Assembly: GCA_965112155.1 (NCBI GenBank)
Contig: OZ218103.1
Strand: one strand, 5' to 3'
Origin: Podarcis liolepis
Taxonomy: Eukaryota
DNA length: 64,000 bases
The notes beneath the pieces are model-generated. The model worked only from the letters and a program-made list of their open reading frames with translations. It did no database searches and was not told the origin of the DNA. Position numbers and translations under genes: made by a program. Each line of letters begins with the position of its first letter. Position 1 is the first letter of the stretch. Shown one piece after another: positions 50,380 through 63,483 of this stretch.

Positions 50380-52752
50380 CTTTATACTAGCCTATACTTT
50401 ACACTGCTCTGGCTTATGCAATATTAATTTTCTATTTTAATATTTTAATGTTTCAATATTTTAATGTTGTATTTTAATCTTGTTTTTAAGTTGTATTCAT
50501 TCGACTTGTTTTTATTATTGCTTGGGTTTTTTAATAATATTTATTACTTTTATAGATTAAAAAAAGAGAAAAGAAAAACAGAAAAGAAGACAAAGGAGGA
50601 AAAACAAAAAGGGGAAAAAACCCCAATACAATACAATATATAGACAATGCAAAACACAACCTAAACTCAAGACTAAACACATTAAACTAAACTAAACAAA
50701 CCCCACTCCCTAACCTTAACCCTAAATAAAACAAAACAAAAACAATTTAAAAACATACATCATCCCTTTTCCATACTCTATCTTTCATTCCCTTGTTTCC
50801 TCGACCTCCTCTCACCTCCCTTTTTGTATTCCATTTCTATTAATTGTTTCAGCAAATCCTTTCCATCTTTCTCCATTTTCTATCATATTGTAAATAACGT
50901 ATTTTTTAACCTTATTTTCCATTAAAACTAAAATACTTATATATGCTTAGCTCCTTATAACATTTCTGCTAAGCCCCCCAAAAAATCATTCCACCATTTT
51001 TCTATCACTCATTAGTTTTACCATATGTCTATATATAAACTTTAAATTTTCCAATATTCTTCCACCATCTCCTCTCCCTGGTTTCGGATTCTGCCAGTCC
51101 TTTCCGTCAACCCATAAAGTCCATCAACCTGGTGATGTTATGTCCGAGGCTCTTAACTCTTTTCTAAGTCCCTTCTGCAGGTCTTCTTCATTTTCTTTAA
51201 TGCTAAAGAGCAAATCTCGGGGAAACTCCAACCTATCAATACTTTTCTTCCTTCTGAACAGATCAGCCAAATTTCCAAAATTGAAGCTACAGTCCATAAA
51301 GTATTTCAGGGCATATTTCAAGATTCCTCCAAATCCAAAGGCCCCCAAAACTTCAACCTCCTCCAAGCCCAAGTCCATGTCCCAAAAGTCAGTTAATCCC
51401 TGCATAGAGGGATCTTTTCAACTTTCCTTCTTTAGTCCAAGCCGGGATCCATTCCTCAAAGTCTGACTTTTCCTAGATTCAATCATAAATGCCTCAACTT
51501 ATAGTCCTCAATTTGCTTCTGTAAAGCCATGGATCCCGCTTGTATTACTTGTTCAACAACAGCAGCTTTCTCCTTCTCCTCCTTCTCCTCTACCATTTGT
51601 CCTGCCAAAATGGATTCCTGTACCAAGTCCTGAATTATTTCTGTGTTGGTGTTCGCTTTTTGACTCAAATTAGTCACTTTCTGTTCCAAATTATCAACTT
51701 TAAAAGTCATGTCATCCATCTTATTGTGAAGCTGTCCCAGCAAACTGCTTATCTTACATAAAACAGTCACAATGGCCTCTCCTGACAACATTTTTAAATG
51801 GTCCAAGGTCAATCTCTGGTTCTCAGAATCCTTGTCTGCAGCTGGAAATCCCCCAGTTACACTCCTGTGACAGTTTCAAAAGCTCCCTCTAGAGGGAAAC
51901 AGTCTCCACTTGTATCAGTTCTTTCAGGCACAACTCAAGCATTAAAGATATTTTCAATTTTCAGTTACTTTTCCTCCTTTTTAAACGCAGAAGAGGACAA
52001 TGGAAACAGTATCTTACTCTTATTTAGCTAGCTGTCAAATCCGTTCTGCCAATGCACTCTCTCCAAACGTCATCTGGCAGCCCGTTCCCAGGTTCAGAGC
52101 AGTGGTAATTTGGTTTTTTACTCTCTCCTGCAGGCTCACTAGGTCCAAAATTTCCCCCTCTTCTCCTGCTTCCAAGGGGTTTTTTGTATTTTAAACTGAT
52201 GGAAATTTAATCCTTTGCCAAGAGCTTTCAAAGACTTTAGCTTGTAACGTCTTTGCTTCAGTCTATTTACAAAAGTGGAAGGCGGACTTCCTGTTTATGA
52301 CCTTCCCGCTTCAGTGCCAAATTAAGATATTTAAAAATCCAATTTTCCGTTCTACTCACGGGTATTTGTTTAAATCCAATTGTCCACAGGAAAAAGTCAG
52401 CACTCTCCGGCAACAGCAATGCGGCTTCACTCCGTGAAAGAAGCATTCGATTCAAAGCACCGTGTCACTCACACCATGTCGCTCCGGATCCCCCAAACAG
52501 GGTTTCCCCGTGAGTAGGGGAGGCGCAAAAGGTGCCAGCCGAATCCCAGGTTCACAAGCTTCTCCCGCTTGTGATTTCAATGGGTCTCCACCTTCACCGT
52601 GGCGGTCAGACCCTGTTTTTCATGGAGCAAGTTCCTCCCGAACGGAGGAGCTCCGCCATTGCCGGAGGCGCCAACCCAGAAGTCCATTTTTATTATTGCT
52701 TGTTAGCCACCCTGAGCCCGGCCTTGGCTGGGGAGGGCAGGGTATAAATAAA

Positions 52753-52800
<48 letters not shown>
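50380..52800 (+). mobile_element. L2-type LINE 3' end with (ATT)n tail, split by the L1 derivative
   Basis: T-rich 3'UTR at 50380-50524 resumes at 52703 as TTAGCCACCCTGAG...GGGCAGGGTATAAAT(ATT)n. Similar short tails lie at 20125-20218 (+), 12050-12125 (-) and 24930-24980 (-). Confidence 0.7.
50525..52686 (-). mobile_element. Internally deleted non-autonomous L1 derivative (5'UTR, decayed ORF1, last codons of ORF2, 3'UTR)
   Basis: 16-bp TSD TTTTTATTATTGCTTG at 50509-50524 and 52687-52702. CpG-rich 5' end GGACTTCTGGG...ATGGCGG. Coiled-coil ORF 51483-51812 and ORF1-CTD-like ORF 51124-51405. ORF2-tail-like TGRIRNQGEEMVEEYWK, then AATAAA and a short A run. Confidence 0.85.
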
Positions 52801-52801
<1 letters not shown>

Positions 52802-53576
52802 CACTTAAACGCAGATTTTGGCTTTCTCAGAGAAACAACTGTGGAATAATTTTGGTGTCCAGAAAAATTATGATTGTCAAGAATAAGATATATACTTCCT
52901 TGGTACCTAGCAGAGAGTCTCCTTCAGAATCTCACCCATGGATCACCCCTGAAAAATCCTAGTATAAAGGATGTGTATGTTTTTTTTAAAAATCAACCTT
53001 TGAAGAAAGCAAGCAGAAACATTACTCTTGACCAATAAGGAAATTTGTGAGTAACTTGGGAACAAGCAGGGAAGTAGTGACTTAGGTGTTATAAATAACA
53101 AATTACAGAACGGCAACGAAGATAAAGCACTGATTCTCTGAGTTGCTGTGATGGATGGTGACTTCTGCAATTTTGTAAAGTGGAACCTTGGAGCATGAAC
53201 ATAATCTGTTCCGGAAGACCGTTTGACTTCTGAAATGATCTGAGTTCTAAGGTGTGGCTTCCTACTGGCTGACAGCTGGTTTTTGCACAGCAGAAGCCAG
53301 CTTGGACATTCGTGTTCTGAGGAATGTTTGAAAACCGGAGCACTTACCACCGGGTTTTCGGCATTTGAGAGCTGAAACATTCAAAAACAGAGTTATTCGA
53401 GTTCCTAGGTTCCACTGTATTAATTTTGAATGCTTTTTAGCTAGACACTGGAACTGGACTCTAACAGACTGCACATTAACAATTCTCAAATACAAAAAGC
53501 CCTTGCAAACACAAATGACACAGTGTATAAGGTTCTAAAATAATAAGGTTTCTAATAGTGTCATAATTATACTCAC

Positions 53577-53776
53577 TTGAAACCTGCAGAAAGATTTTGT
53601 TGGAGATGGCTGTCCCCAAGTCATTCCGAGCAAAACACTGAAATTCCCCTTCATAATCTTCTGGCCTGCCACCACTACGGAAGTCAACATCCAGTGTACC
53701 TGATGACCAATGTCTCATGCTTACTCTTGGGTCCTTTGCAACATTGAAGAACTTTCCATTTCGCGTCCATAAAAAT
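53577..53776 (-). CDS. NFASC: NFASC Ig1 second half ([32 protein letters not shown]...KIFLQVS)
   Basis: ttttatag acceptor, gtgagt donor, 200 nt. Overlaps ORF 53476-53718. Confidence 0.97.
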
Positions 53777-54384
53777 CTATAAAAATAGTTACATCAAAGA
53801 GACAATTACCTTCTTTGCACAGGAAGAGCTTTATCCAATACTGCATGGTTTACATGTTATTTTGGATCCATTAACCCTTAATGCATTCATGAGTTGTATT
53901 TCTCTATTCTACTTTCTAGGAGAAGCCTAATGCAAATATATTAGCATATTTCCCTTGTTGTTATCGGTATGGGAGAGGAAATAAAGTGGTCAAATAATTT
54001 ACACAGAATAGCCATCAGGTGGCATTTGCAAGTCATTTTTTGAAAGGCATCCAGTTACCAGGGCTATAGCAGAACTTTTGTGATACAAACTCCTCTAAGC
54101 TACTCCAGAGATAATTTGCTATGGGTATTCCTACAGTGGTCCAATACATGCAATTTAATGAATGACATCTGAGCCATTCAACAAAAAACCCTTGCATTCA
54201 AGAGACGGTGCATGCTTACACTCACCATGAAAGGCTGCCAGAATAGCAGTGCTATTCTGACCCACAGTCAGGTGTGGGCTTAGCCACTGCTTTGATTATA
54301 AGCACCTGTTTTGTTATACCACTCTGAGCTCCACAATGAATGGGTAGAATTCAAACCTAACAAATAAATTAGAACTGCACTCAC

Positions 54385-54490
54385 GTGGGAGTGGGGTTCC
54401 CTTTTGCTTCACACTCAATGAAGATGTTGTCCCTCGGATCTACAATATAATCCTTCACAGACTGCTTTGTAATAGTAGGGGGTTGAGGCA
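54385..54490 (-). CDS. NFASC: NFASC Ig1 first half ([14 protein letters not shown]...GNPTPT)
   Basis: tttacag acceptor, gtgagt donor, 106 nt. Confidence 0.97.
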
Positions 54491-54889
54491 CTGTAAAGTA
54501 TACGCAAGAGCGACAGAGAAAGAGAGAATAAATAGGAGGCAAAGGAAGACATTCTCACTTATTGCCATTTGAAACGCAAATTAATAAGAGCAAGTGCTCT
54601 TTCCAACATTATCCATGCCTCGTGGTTTTTTGTTTTGTTTTACAAACAAAGACCCTTTACAAATTGAAGTATGAACTCCACAGTCCATATATTCTAAAGA
54701 AATGCAAGCTTGTCGTATTTGCAGCACATCATCAGTTCTCTCTGCACTGTTTTTGCCTTCCTGCTTGTGAAAGGCAAGGAGCACAATCCACCGATGTTTC
54801 TAGCCTGCAAGCCCTATCAAAATGAATATGAGCTGAGCAAAGGCGATCTTCTCAATGGCTTGCACCCAAGGTCAGATTAAAATGGAAGC

Positions 54890-55560
54890 TGCTATTGTTA
54901 TTATAATTATTCATATCACACCATTCATCACAAGATCCATGGGCAGGTACTGATTAACTGAACTACAAAAACAGACAAAGCACATTAAAAGCAGAAATCA
55001 CAATTCAATAAAAAGCACATTCCATCTTTTCACACTACAATACAGAGAAGATGCTTTAAATATTCAGAAAGCCCAGAGAAAGAGAAATATTTCCAACAGG
55101 CACAGAAGATGCACAATGGTGGTGCTAGCCACATCTCAGGTGGAGGACGTTCTATAGCCACGATGTCATTGCCAAAATTAGCTGCCGGATAAGACATAAA
55201 CCCATGAATTTCAGTAGATGATGGTATTACAAGAGAGGCCCCAGAAAATCTCAGAGCGTGGGCAGGTCATAGAGGGAGAGATGGTCCTACAGGAAACCAG
55301 GTCCTAAGGCATTCAGAACTTTTTATGTCAACATCATAACCTCAAATTGGGCTTGGTAGTAAATAGACAGCCAGTACAGATTGTTGTGATCCGATGCAAT
55401 ATAGTCTTGAGCAGTCAAAACCCATGAGTGGCTGTGATTTGCATCAGCAGCAATCTCTGAACAGTCTCCAAGGGCATCCCTACATAGAACACATCAGAAA
55501 CAGCTATAGTAGGTGAACTGGCCACAGCTGGATAAAGGCACTCCATGCCAATGAGACTAT
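54890..55560 (-). mobile_element. Degenerate L2 3' fragment
   Basis: Minus strand reads a decayed WL.I.YQAQFEVMMLT.KVLNALGPG motif followed by an L2-like 3'UTR. Confidence 0.6.
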
Positions 55561-57563
55561 TTGGGTCTCTTGTGGCATGGAACAATCAAGAACCTCCTTC
55601 CTCGACTCAAATACTTCCCTAAGACAGTGGCTTGTACAGACTATATTTTCGAGCCTCTACCTTCCTTTGTAGGTGAAAGTATTTTTCCTGATGCAAAGCC
55701 ACACATGAACTCCTCACAGTTTAAATTCGAACACCATTTCCTCTGCATGACTGAATGGAGCTAGAGGTTCTAGGGGTTTTCCTAACCCTCTGGAGCTGAT
55801 TTAGGGAGGCCATGAGCTGCGCACAGTGGGAGGGGGAAATGTTCAATTGTGCAAGTGTAAATCCTTCTACTGGTGGGACACATTAGTTGGATACAGCCCA
55901 GAGTCTGGCAGCCTGACAGCATGGACTAACAGCATGGACAGTTTACTCTTTCCCCCAGTATATGCATTTTTGTTTAGCTGGACAACTACATTGCAAAATT
56001 CAGAAAAATATGGATTCTGAAGGATAGCTGTGTTTCAGTTTGCATATTGTTTTGAAAGTGTGAATTTGATAGATTTGGCTTTATATGCGAACTGAACTCA
56101 ATTCTCCCCATCCTTAGTGATGGCTGACATCACTGAATTCAGACATCCAACAGACTTCCAAAGGGTTTGCTGTTACCACCAATCAGCTGATCAGCACTGA
56201 CAGTGAGTCCCCTTGCACTTTTGACAGATGTGTAACTCCAATTTAAACCATAGTTTAATGAGACATATGAACTGGGCCAATGAGTGCCATTTCTGGCAAA
56301 CAACTTAAAGAGACTATTCCTCTTTTCTGCCCACATTTAAAGGTACACACTTCTTCCTGCAAAATCCATCCAAGGCTACTTGGCTGGATAACTTTCAGGT
56401 GTAAACTGGGACAGAAGACTAGCAATCAGCTGCAGAAAATGAGTTCTAGAAAAGTATGAGATGACTAGTGGTTACAGTCAGATGTACCAATGTTGGTCTG
56501 CATTTACTGTTGATCTGCCCCTTCTCCTGCAACCTGCTGAATCGCAGCAACAATTTCCTTTCTGAACGCAGACAAGTCTTTGCAAGATCAAGTGCAACAA
56601 CAGAGGCTGCAGAAATCAGCAAATAATTTTTTCCAGTATCTAATATCAGTGAACAGGCACACTGATAACAAAGTACTGCATAACAGACTTGCCATTATGA
56701 CTAGGATATGTTACCAGACAAAGCCATACCAGGACCTACAAACTCTATATGCCAATGCCCCACAATGTGGTGCTCCCAAATTGCTTGATCTTCACATAAT
56801 TATCATCTGATAATTCAAGTATGGGAAGAGAAGAATCAGGACAGGAAAGAAACAACCACAGAAAAACAAGAACATGCAGATGGAGTCAAGGAGGTCATCC
56901 CAAGAGAGTACCATACACCCACATCTGAATCCACATGCCATCTGCAAATATATGTAAGACGCCACAAAGTAAGTTCATCCACTTAGTAGGGTAGAGCTCA
57001 ATAAGAAGGTTTGGCTCCTGAAATCACACCTGGAAAAGCTGTCACCAAAGCTACTATGATGCACCATCTCCATATGTATGCATATGACAGCAGAGAACTG
57101 GGATAGGTAAGCTGCAATGGAGCACTGCTGCTCTTACCAGTTGTGGTGTATTGGAGGGGGAACATGGGAATGCAGCTCAGTGATTCCCCCCCCCCACAAG
57201 TAGGAGTAATTATGTTATTGGCTTGGCTTGGTGTTAAGTCTAGCCTGCTGCGTTGGAACAAGCCACAGTATTCCATTTCTCCTGAGGTTTTCTCTCTCCA
57301 GTGACCATTATATAATATATTTTCAGACTGCCAATGGCTTTAATAAGCTTTCCTCCCTCACACACACTCCTCTACCTCACACTGAGTTCAAAAGGAAACC
57401 CAAACCACTCATAAGAATTGGGGGTGTTGGGGAAGAGGACTGTCTATATAGTTAAGTCAATATAAAAGCTTCATTCAAACGGTTTTGTATCTTACCTGTA
57501 TTTGATGTTAACGTAGCAGGTACCATATACTAAAATAACAAAGTTTCCTTAGTTTGCTTAGAA

Positions 57564-57701
57564 CAGGCTTCCTCAAACTCAGCCCTCCAGATGTTTTTTT
57601 GGCCTACAACTCCCATGATCCCTAGCTAGCAGGAGCAGTGGTCAGGGATGATGGGAATTGTAGTCTCAAAACATTTGGAGGGCTGAGTTTGAGGAAGCCT
57701 G
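57564..57701. mobile_element. Second copy of the same hAT MITE, opposite orientation
   Basis: TIRs CAGGCTTCCTCAAACTC / GAGTTTGAGGAAGCCTG and TSD GCTTAGAA / GGTTAGAA. Confidence 0.9.
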
Positions 57702-57957
57702 GGTTAGAATATGATACAGCTTTTCTATGTTACCATCCAAGTGCTGAATATCAAGCTTCAAAAAGTCAGACTCCAGTGTTTAGTGCTATTAACCATGCAA
57801 GTAATGCCCATCCTATGGCCCCGTTTCACTTTGGGCTTCTCGGCTGTCTACTATGTACATGGTTACTATGTACAGTGGCTCTGTGTTCTCCCCCCCCCCC
57901 CCCAAGAACGGGAGACAGCTGCTTTGGAGAAAAAACAAGTCAGTAAGTAAGACTTAC

Positions 57958-57975
57958 ATGTATCTTGAATACTTG
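57958..57975 (-). CDS. NFASC: NFASC alternative 18-nt microexon (PSIQDT)
   Basis: actaacag|CAAGTATTCAAGATACAT|gtaagt, phase 1-1. Equivalent to human PSIQNE. Confidence 0.93.
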
Positions 57976-60900
57976 CTGTTAGTTCCAAGGTGTAAGCGTA
58001 TTTTTAAAAAAGAGAGAGAGAGGAAGGGTTAGTCTAACACATTTTAGATCTAGTATGTATATATAGCTATCTTAAAAAGTTAAATTGAAAACTTAGCGTT
58101 TTAAGGATGGCAATGATTAGCTTATGTCTAGTACTCCGAGCTCCTGTAAAAAGTTACATAAAACATCAACAAAAGTGTAAAGAGAAATTCATAGGTTACA
58201 GTTAATGCCTCAAGACCACAAAGGCAATTCAAGACTTTTAAGAGGTAGTTTCGTGCCACTCCAGATGGTTTTGGACCACTAGTCTCATCATCTCAGACCA
58301 TTCATTGTACTAGCTGTAGCTGATGGGAGATGAGCTAGAGGGCCACAGGTTTCTCTTCTTGTTTTAAAGGACGCACAAAAGTATCAAACAAGATCTACTT
58401 CCAGTTTATTGAGAGTGGCTTAAGCATGTGAAAGACCAGGCTGAGGGTTAGCCCACAGGTTCAAAAATTCTTTCCATACGATGTGGCCAACACCATCCTC
58501 AGTTACATGTATGTCTCTGGTCCCTTGGAGAATTTAAAGTATGACCTGCTTGTCAGTAGCTATTTCCACATTCACTGTAACATTTTTTTGACACAACAAT
58601 TAAAGTGGGAAGTTGTATATGGAGAAACTAATGACACATATTTCATACAGATAGGGAGACTTCATGAGGAATCACTTTGGTCCGTGCGAACCAGACCAGA
58701 CAGCATTAGAAATTTGGAGCTAGCCTACTTGTGAGGTTAACCATGCCATTTAGACTTCCACAAATCATTTAAAAACTCTAAACAGCAACCATGAAGTGGG
58801 GGGGATTAGGACTGGGGGCATGGAACCAACCCATTCTTTCCCTGCTATAGTCCCACTAAAAATAAAGAGTGTCTGCTCCCTCTCTCCCACTGAAACCAAT
58901 GGCCAAAGAACCCCTTGGTTTATCTTTTGAATGGTTTCTACTTCTTACCTACATGAGTATGGTAAAGATGTGAAGTGGATCGCACCTTCTGTACCTACAA
59001 CGATGTTACTGGCCCCACCCTAAGATGTCCGAACATTAGCGGAAATTTCGTAGTTATTTCTCTTCTTGTCCTCTTCTTTTTTTAATCAATTACCCATCCA
59101 TGAGATTGGTAATTCTCTAATTCTATCGCTACTAAGTTTCCCTAGGAGTCTCCAGTTTCTGTAAGTATATCTGTTGGGTTCTCCCTCCACACATATTTGC
59201 CAACAGCTCCAAAATTCTAAAGATGGTGAAGCAAGGCTTTCTCGGGCAGACATCTATATTTATCATCAGCTTCCTCTTAAGAATCCCTTTGTCTGAATGC
59301 AGATAATGCTCAAGTTTGATTCAATATATTTTCAGCTGCCTCTCCAACATCATCAAGGGGAAGTTTGCTGGCTAAACAACTCAGAATTCAAATCTGATAC
59401 CCTGGCTTCACTGGTGGACATTTGCTCTAACTCACCCCTGCACCTGTAGAAACCACTAATCTCTACGAAAGAGGGAGGGCTTGAGGGTCTGGGTTCAAAG
59501 GGAAAAGAGAGCTCATTTGTGTGGAGAGTCATCAATTTGCAAACTTATCATAAACCCAGAGCAGCTGTAGCTATTTATGCACCACCTGCTTGATTTAGTA
59601 AAACCTGAAACCTTTCAAGTTCACAAATAGGAGTGATGAATTAATTAGCTGAGCCTCTGCCACAAACAATGGGCAGGCACCAGAGGGCTAAGGGAGACAG
59701 AGCACTTTGCTGTGTTCAATAAAAGGAAGATTAAAAATTCAATTCCCCAGCAGCTTAAAGAAGGAAAAGGGGACTCTAGAGCCTGATGCATGCAAAAGGG
59801 AAAGAAAACCTTTGAAATGGGCCCAGCTGGGTGAGGCAGATGTATTCCAGATCCCTTAATGTTTTCCTTTGATTTGGGACACCCCACTTTTCTGTATCAT
59901 CCTGTTACAAGGTCCCGCGTTGAGCAACACTGCTTTGAAGTAGGCAATACTTCAAAACATTTGTCAAACCATCTTACCAAAAGGACATGCACTGCATCCA
60001 CCCCAATATCTGCTGCCTAGTAGGATTGCTCAGCTGTCCAAAAAGCACAAGTTGAAATGAAGTGAAAGTCTAAGCATGATTACGCAGAAGGATGTCCCAA
60101 TGAGCTCTCTAGTAAACATACTTAAGACTGCAGCCTTTGAACTGAAAATGTTCCAGTTGATCACTTAGCTTTCTTTAGGGAAAGGGGTAGACTAGGGACA
60201 CCACTTCGTATACATTTTCAACACAGGCCAAGCGACGGCATGTGCGTGTTACATAAGAGGCACAGGAGGATGGCATCTGAACATTGCTCCTTGTATGTGT
60301 GACACATATTTATCATGCAACAGCCGCAACACAGCAAATGGAAAGCCGTAAAACTGACATAAACAGCACATTAAACTGTGCTGCAGTTACATAACAAAGA
60401 GCTAATCTTATACATCTTTTGCCCCAAGTGGACTATTATTGGAATTAAGTGATAATAGACGGAAGGTGCTTTAGAAATGCAAAAGTTTGTTTAAAAGCAA
60501 GCAAGCTTTAGAACAAGTACTGAGTGTGCCTTTTTTTTCTTTTCTAAGGTCGTATTACACTTCTTCCATTCAAAGGAGGGGGGAACCTGTTACCAGTAAG
60601 AAGTTCTCAATCTCTCTCTCTTTTTAGAAAGTACTTGTATTTGATTCGACTGCCCCTGTGTTCCTTTTCCGAGACTCGCCTATCAGAACAAGTAGTGAGC
60701 TTTTTGATTAAGTGTAACCAGAAGCAATCAAAGCTTGTGCCCCAAATAAAATTATTAGCGCCCTCATCATGAAACTCAGTGTCAGTTAGGCCTGGGGAGC
60801 CTTAACCTTTGCCCTTCCCTATGTCGTTGGACTACAATGCCCACCATCCCTGACAATTAGCCATGCTGTCAGAGGCTAATGGGAGTTAAGAGTTCAATTA

Positions 60901-61235
60901 CATTTGGAGGGTCATGGGTTCCCCACCTCTGAGTTAGACAATGACAAAGAGACCTTTTAACAAAATCTGCATTATATTAAACCAACAAGGGACTAGCGGT
61001 GCAATCTGATGCAAGTTTGCTGGGAAGAAAGTTCCACTGTGTTCTCTCATAGGGAAGCGTGCATAACTAAGATTGTAGTGTCTTCATTCAGTACCAGGTC
61101 CCAGTGACTACAATTGTGTGATTGACTCTGAAACGATATTGGTATGAAAGTTCCATTAAAAATTCTCCTTTGGGGTGTTTGCTTAGCTCTGTTTGAGCTG
61201 AGATACTTTCTCTGCTAATGCAACAGAGCTTTGCC

Positions 61236-61278
<43 letters not shown>
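61236..61278. repeat. (ATT)n microsatellite
   Basis: Direct reading. Confidence 0.95.
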
Positions 61279-61280
<2 letters not shown>

Positions 61281-63483
61281 AATTTTATTAAATATTTTCA
61301 TTGGTTACCAAAATAATACGTTGTCTCAATTTTCATAAAGTCCTTTCTATAGATCAGACACATCCGATGTGAGACTTGAAAGTTGTATACAGTATAAGGT
61401 TGGGGAGAAGAGAGGTATGGAGAGAACTCCGTTTCTTTAAACCAGCTTCCTGCTAAAGCAGTTTTTGCTAATTCAATTATCTTAAGCATGGCCATGACAC
61501 CCACTGCTAACTAATGCCAGGGGTGGTGCCCATGCTTAGAACTCTTCTTTTACATTTCCTGTGAAGAATAGGGATGTACAACAGATGCTTCCAACCAGTT
61601 TAAAACAATAGCAAAACAAAACTTCTATCAGACTGCTAGGGGGGTGGCCTAAAGTTATACGATGCAGCAGGCTTGTTGAAATTTTGCTGAGCTTTGTGTT
61701 ATCCATGCATAGTAAACAGAAGAAATAAGATACTGAAATGAACAATCATTAAATGCACCCAATCCTCAAGAATGCAAATAGTATTGCTTAGACTCAGAAA
61801 CCTAAAGGCAAATATATGTTCTTTCAAAATGTTTAACTATACATTTTCACTCAATATTCACAAAAACTCTGGTGCTTCATACCTCTTCAAATCTTTTTTC
61901 TTTTTATTTGTACTTTAAACATTAAAAATGTTTCAGTTAAAAAACTTAAACATTTCAATGTTTCAGGTACAAACAACAACAACAACAATAATAATAAAAG
62001 ATTTGAAGAGAGATGAATCACCAGAGTTTTAATGATTGTTGAAATTTCACAATAAGGATGCTGGGCAGGTGTAAATGTCTGTATACAATGTATACAGGAA
62101 ATGTATACAAGGTCATATGAATGAGGTCCTTATACCATCATGTAAACTGGTAAAGCATACATATAGGCAAGCAAGCATATACTGTATATAAATTAGGGGA
62201 AATTCAGATCCCTTAGTCCAAATCTCAGGTAAAGGGTACTGACCACACCAGCTTTCCTGTTTCTGAGATGAGATGAAGGTGAGTTAGGAGCCTATTTGTA
62301 TGCCAGGAATTCACGAGTCTCTACAAACCACCATATGAAAGTAGGATTAATTCAGTGTGATTTGAACTCAGAAAGTAAACCACAGTTAACAGGTTCAGCT
62401 ACAACAGGATGCTAGTTATCACATGGTAAGGGCCAGGTGTTCTTTTTGAATCATCCCCTTGAACCATAGGTCAGTAGTAAAACATGCAGATAGTCCCAGG
62501 TTGAGTCCTAGACATCTCCAGGGAGGGCTGAAACATTAGATAAACCGCTGTGAGTTACTGCACCCAATACTGGGATAGATGGACCAATGATTTGATTCCA
62601 TATAAGGCAGCTGTCTATGTTCCTAGTAGGAGTCAAGATGAGAACATAAAGCAATCCCAGACAAGAGCTTCAAAGCTCCTGAGATCTACTTTTCTAGGTC
62701 AAATAATAAAAAGTATATTCAGTACATTGGTCTGAAAATGGCTTTTCCATTCGTATTGTGAAACGAGCTTGGGTGTTTTTTTCTCTTCACTGGAATAGTT
62801 TGGTAGCCATTCCACTAATAACCATTTAAAAACCAGCAGTAACAGCCATGCTAGTACAAAAGGAGAGATGATCTATTTACATGACCAAGAAGACTACAAC
62901 CGAACATTATGGCCAGGCACCATTAGTTGCCTTTCTGGCTGGACAATCATAAACACATAATGAGCTGAAATGAAAATTAAACCATCCTCCCAACACACAG
63001 AAAACAGATTGGGCCATGGAATGAAACCATCAGGCAATATGGACATCTAAAATGTTCTTTGAATATGTCATGTGTTCTGGGTTCACTTTACATTCTGTGA
63101 ATTTGCCTTTATATCTTTTGTGTCACCTCCTTACCCCCAAGCTGTTGAATATAAATATAGTCTAGTTCAAGTTACAGATTCTGTTTTTTTACCCAATTAT
63201 GTGCTTCCAATGACATTTGTCATGAAAGCTTAACTATCTTCAGAAATCGAACAAAAAAAGTCAGGGCAAACATCCAGTCTTTTCTCTAACCATTGAAGTG
63301 AATAACTCCCCAGGGCAGCTTTCCTCAGCCTTTTATTGGGACTACATTATGGCGTGCCCAATAGTCAGGGATGATGGGACTTGTAGCCCAGCAACATTTG
63401 AAGACCTCAGGTTGGGGACAGCTGTCCCAGAGATGGAACTGAGAAAGTAAATAAATAAATGAATAAACAATCAGTGGACTTAC

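Noticed and set aside
58900-59620. Possible ancient L1 ORF1 remnant on the minus strand (LEQMSTSEARVSDL)
   Set aside because: Too degenerate; no termini or TSD found.
17-62735. The many other 60-170 aa ORFs in the track
   Set aside because: They are antisense shadows of NFASC exons, repeat-derived or low-complexity, with no recognisable domains.
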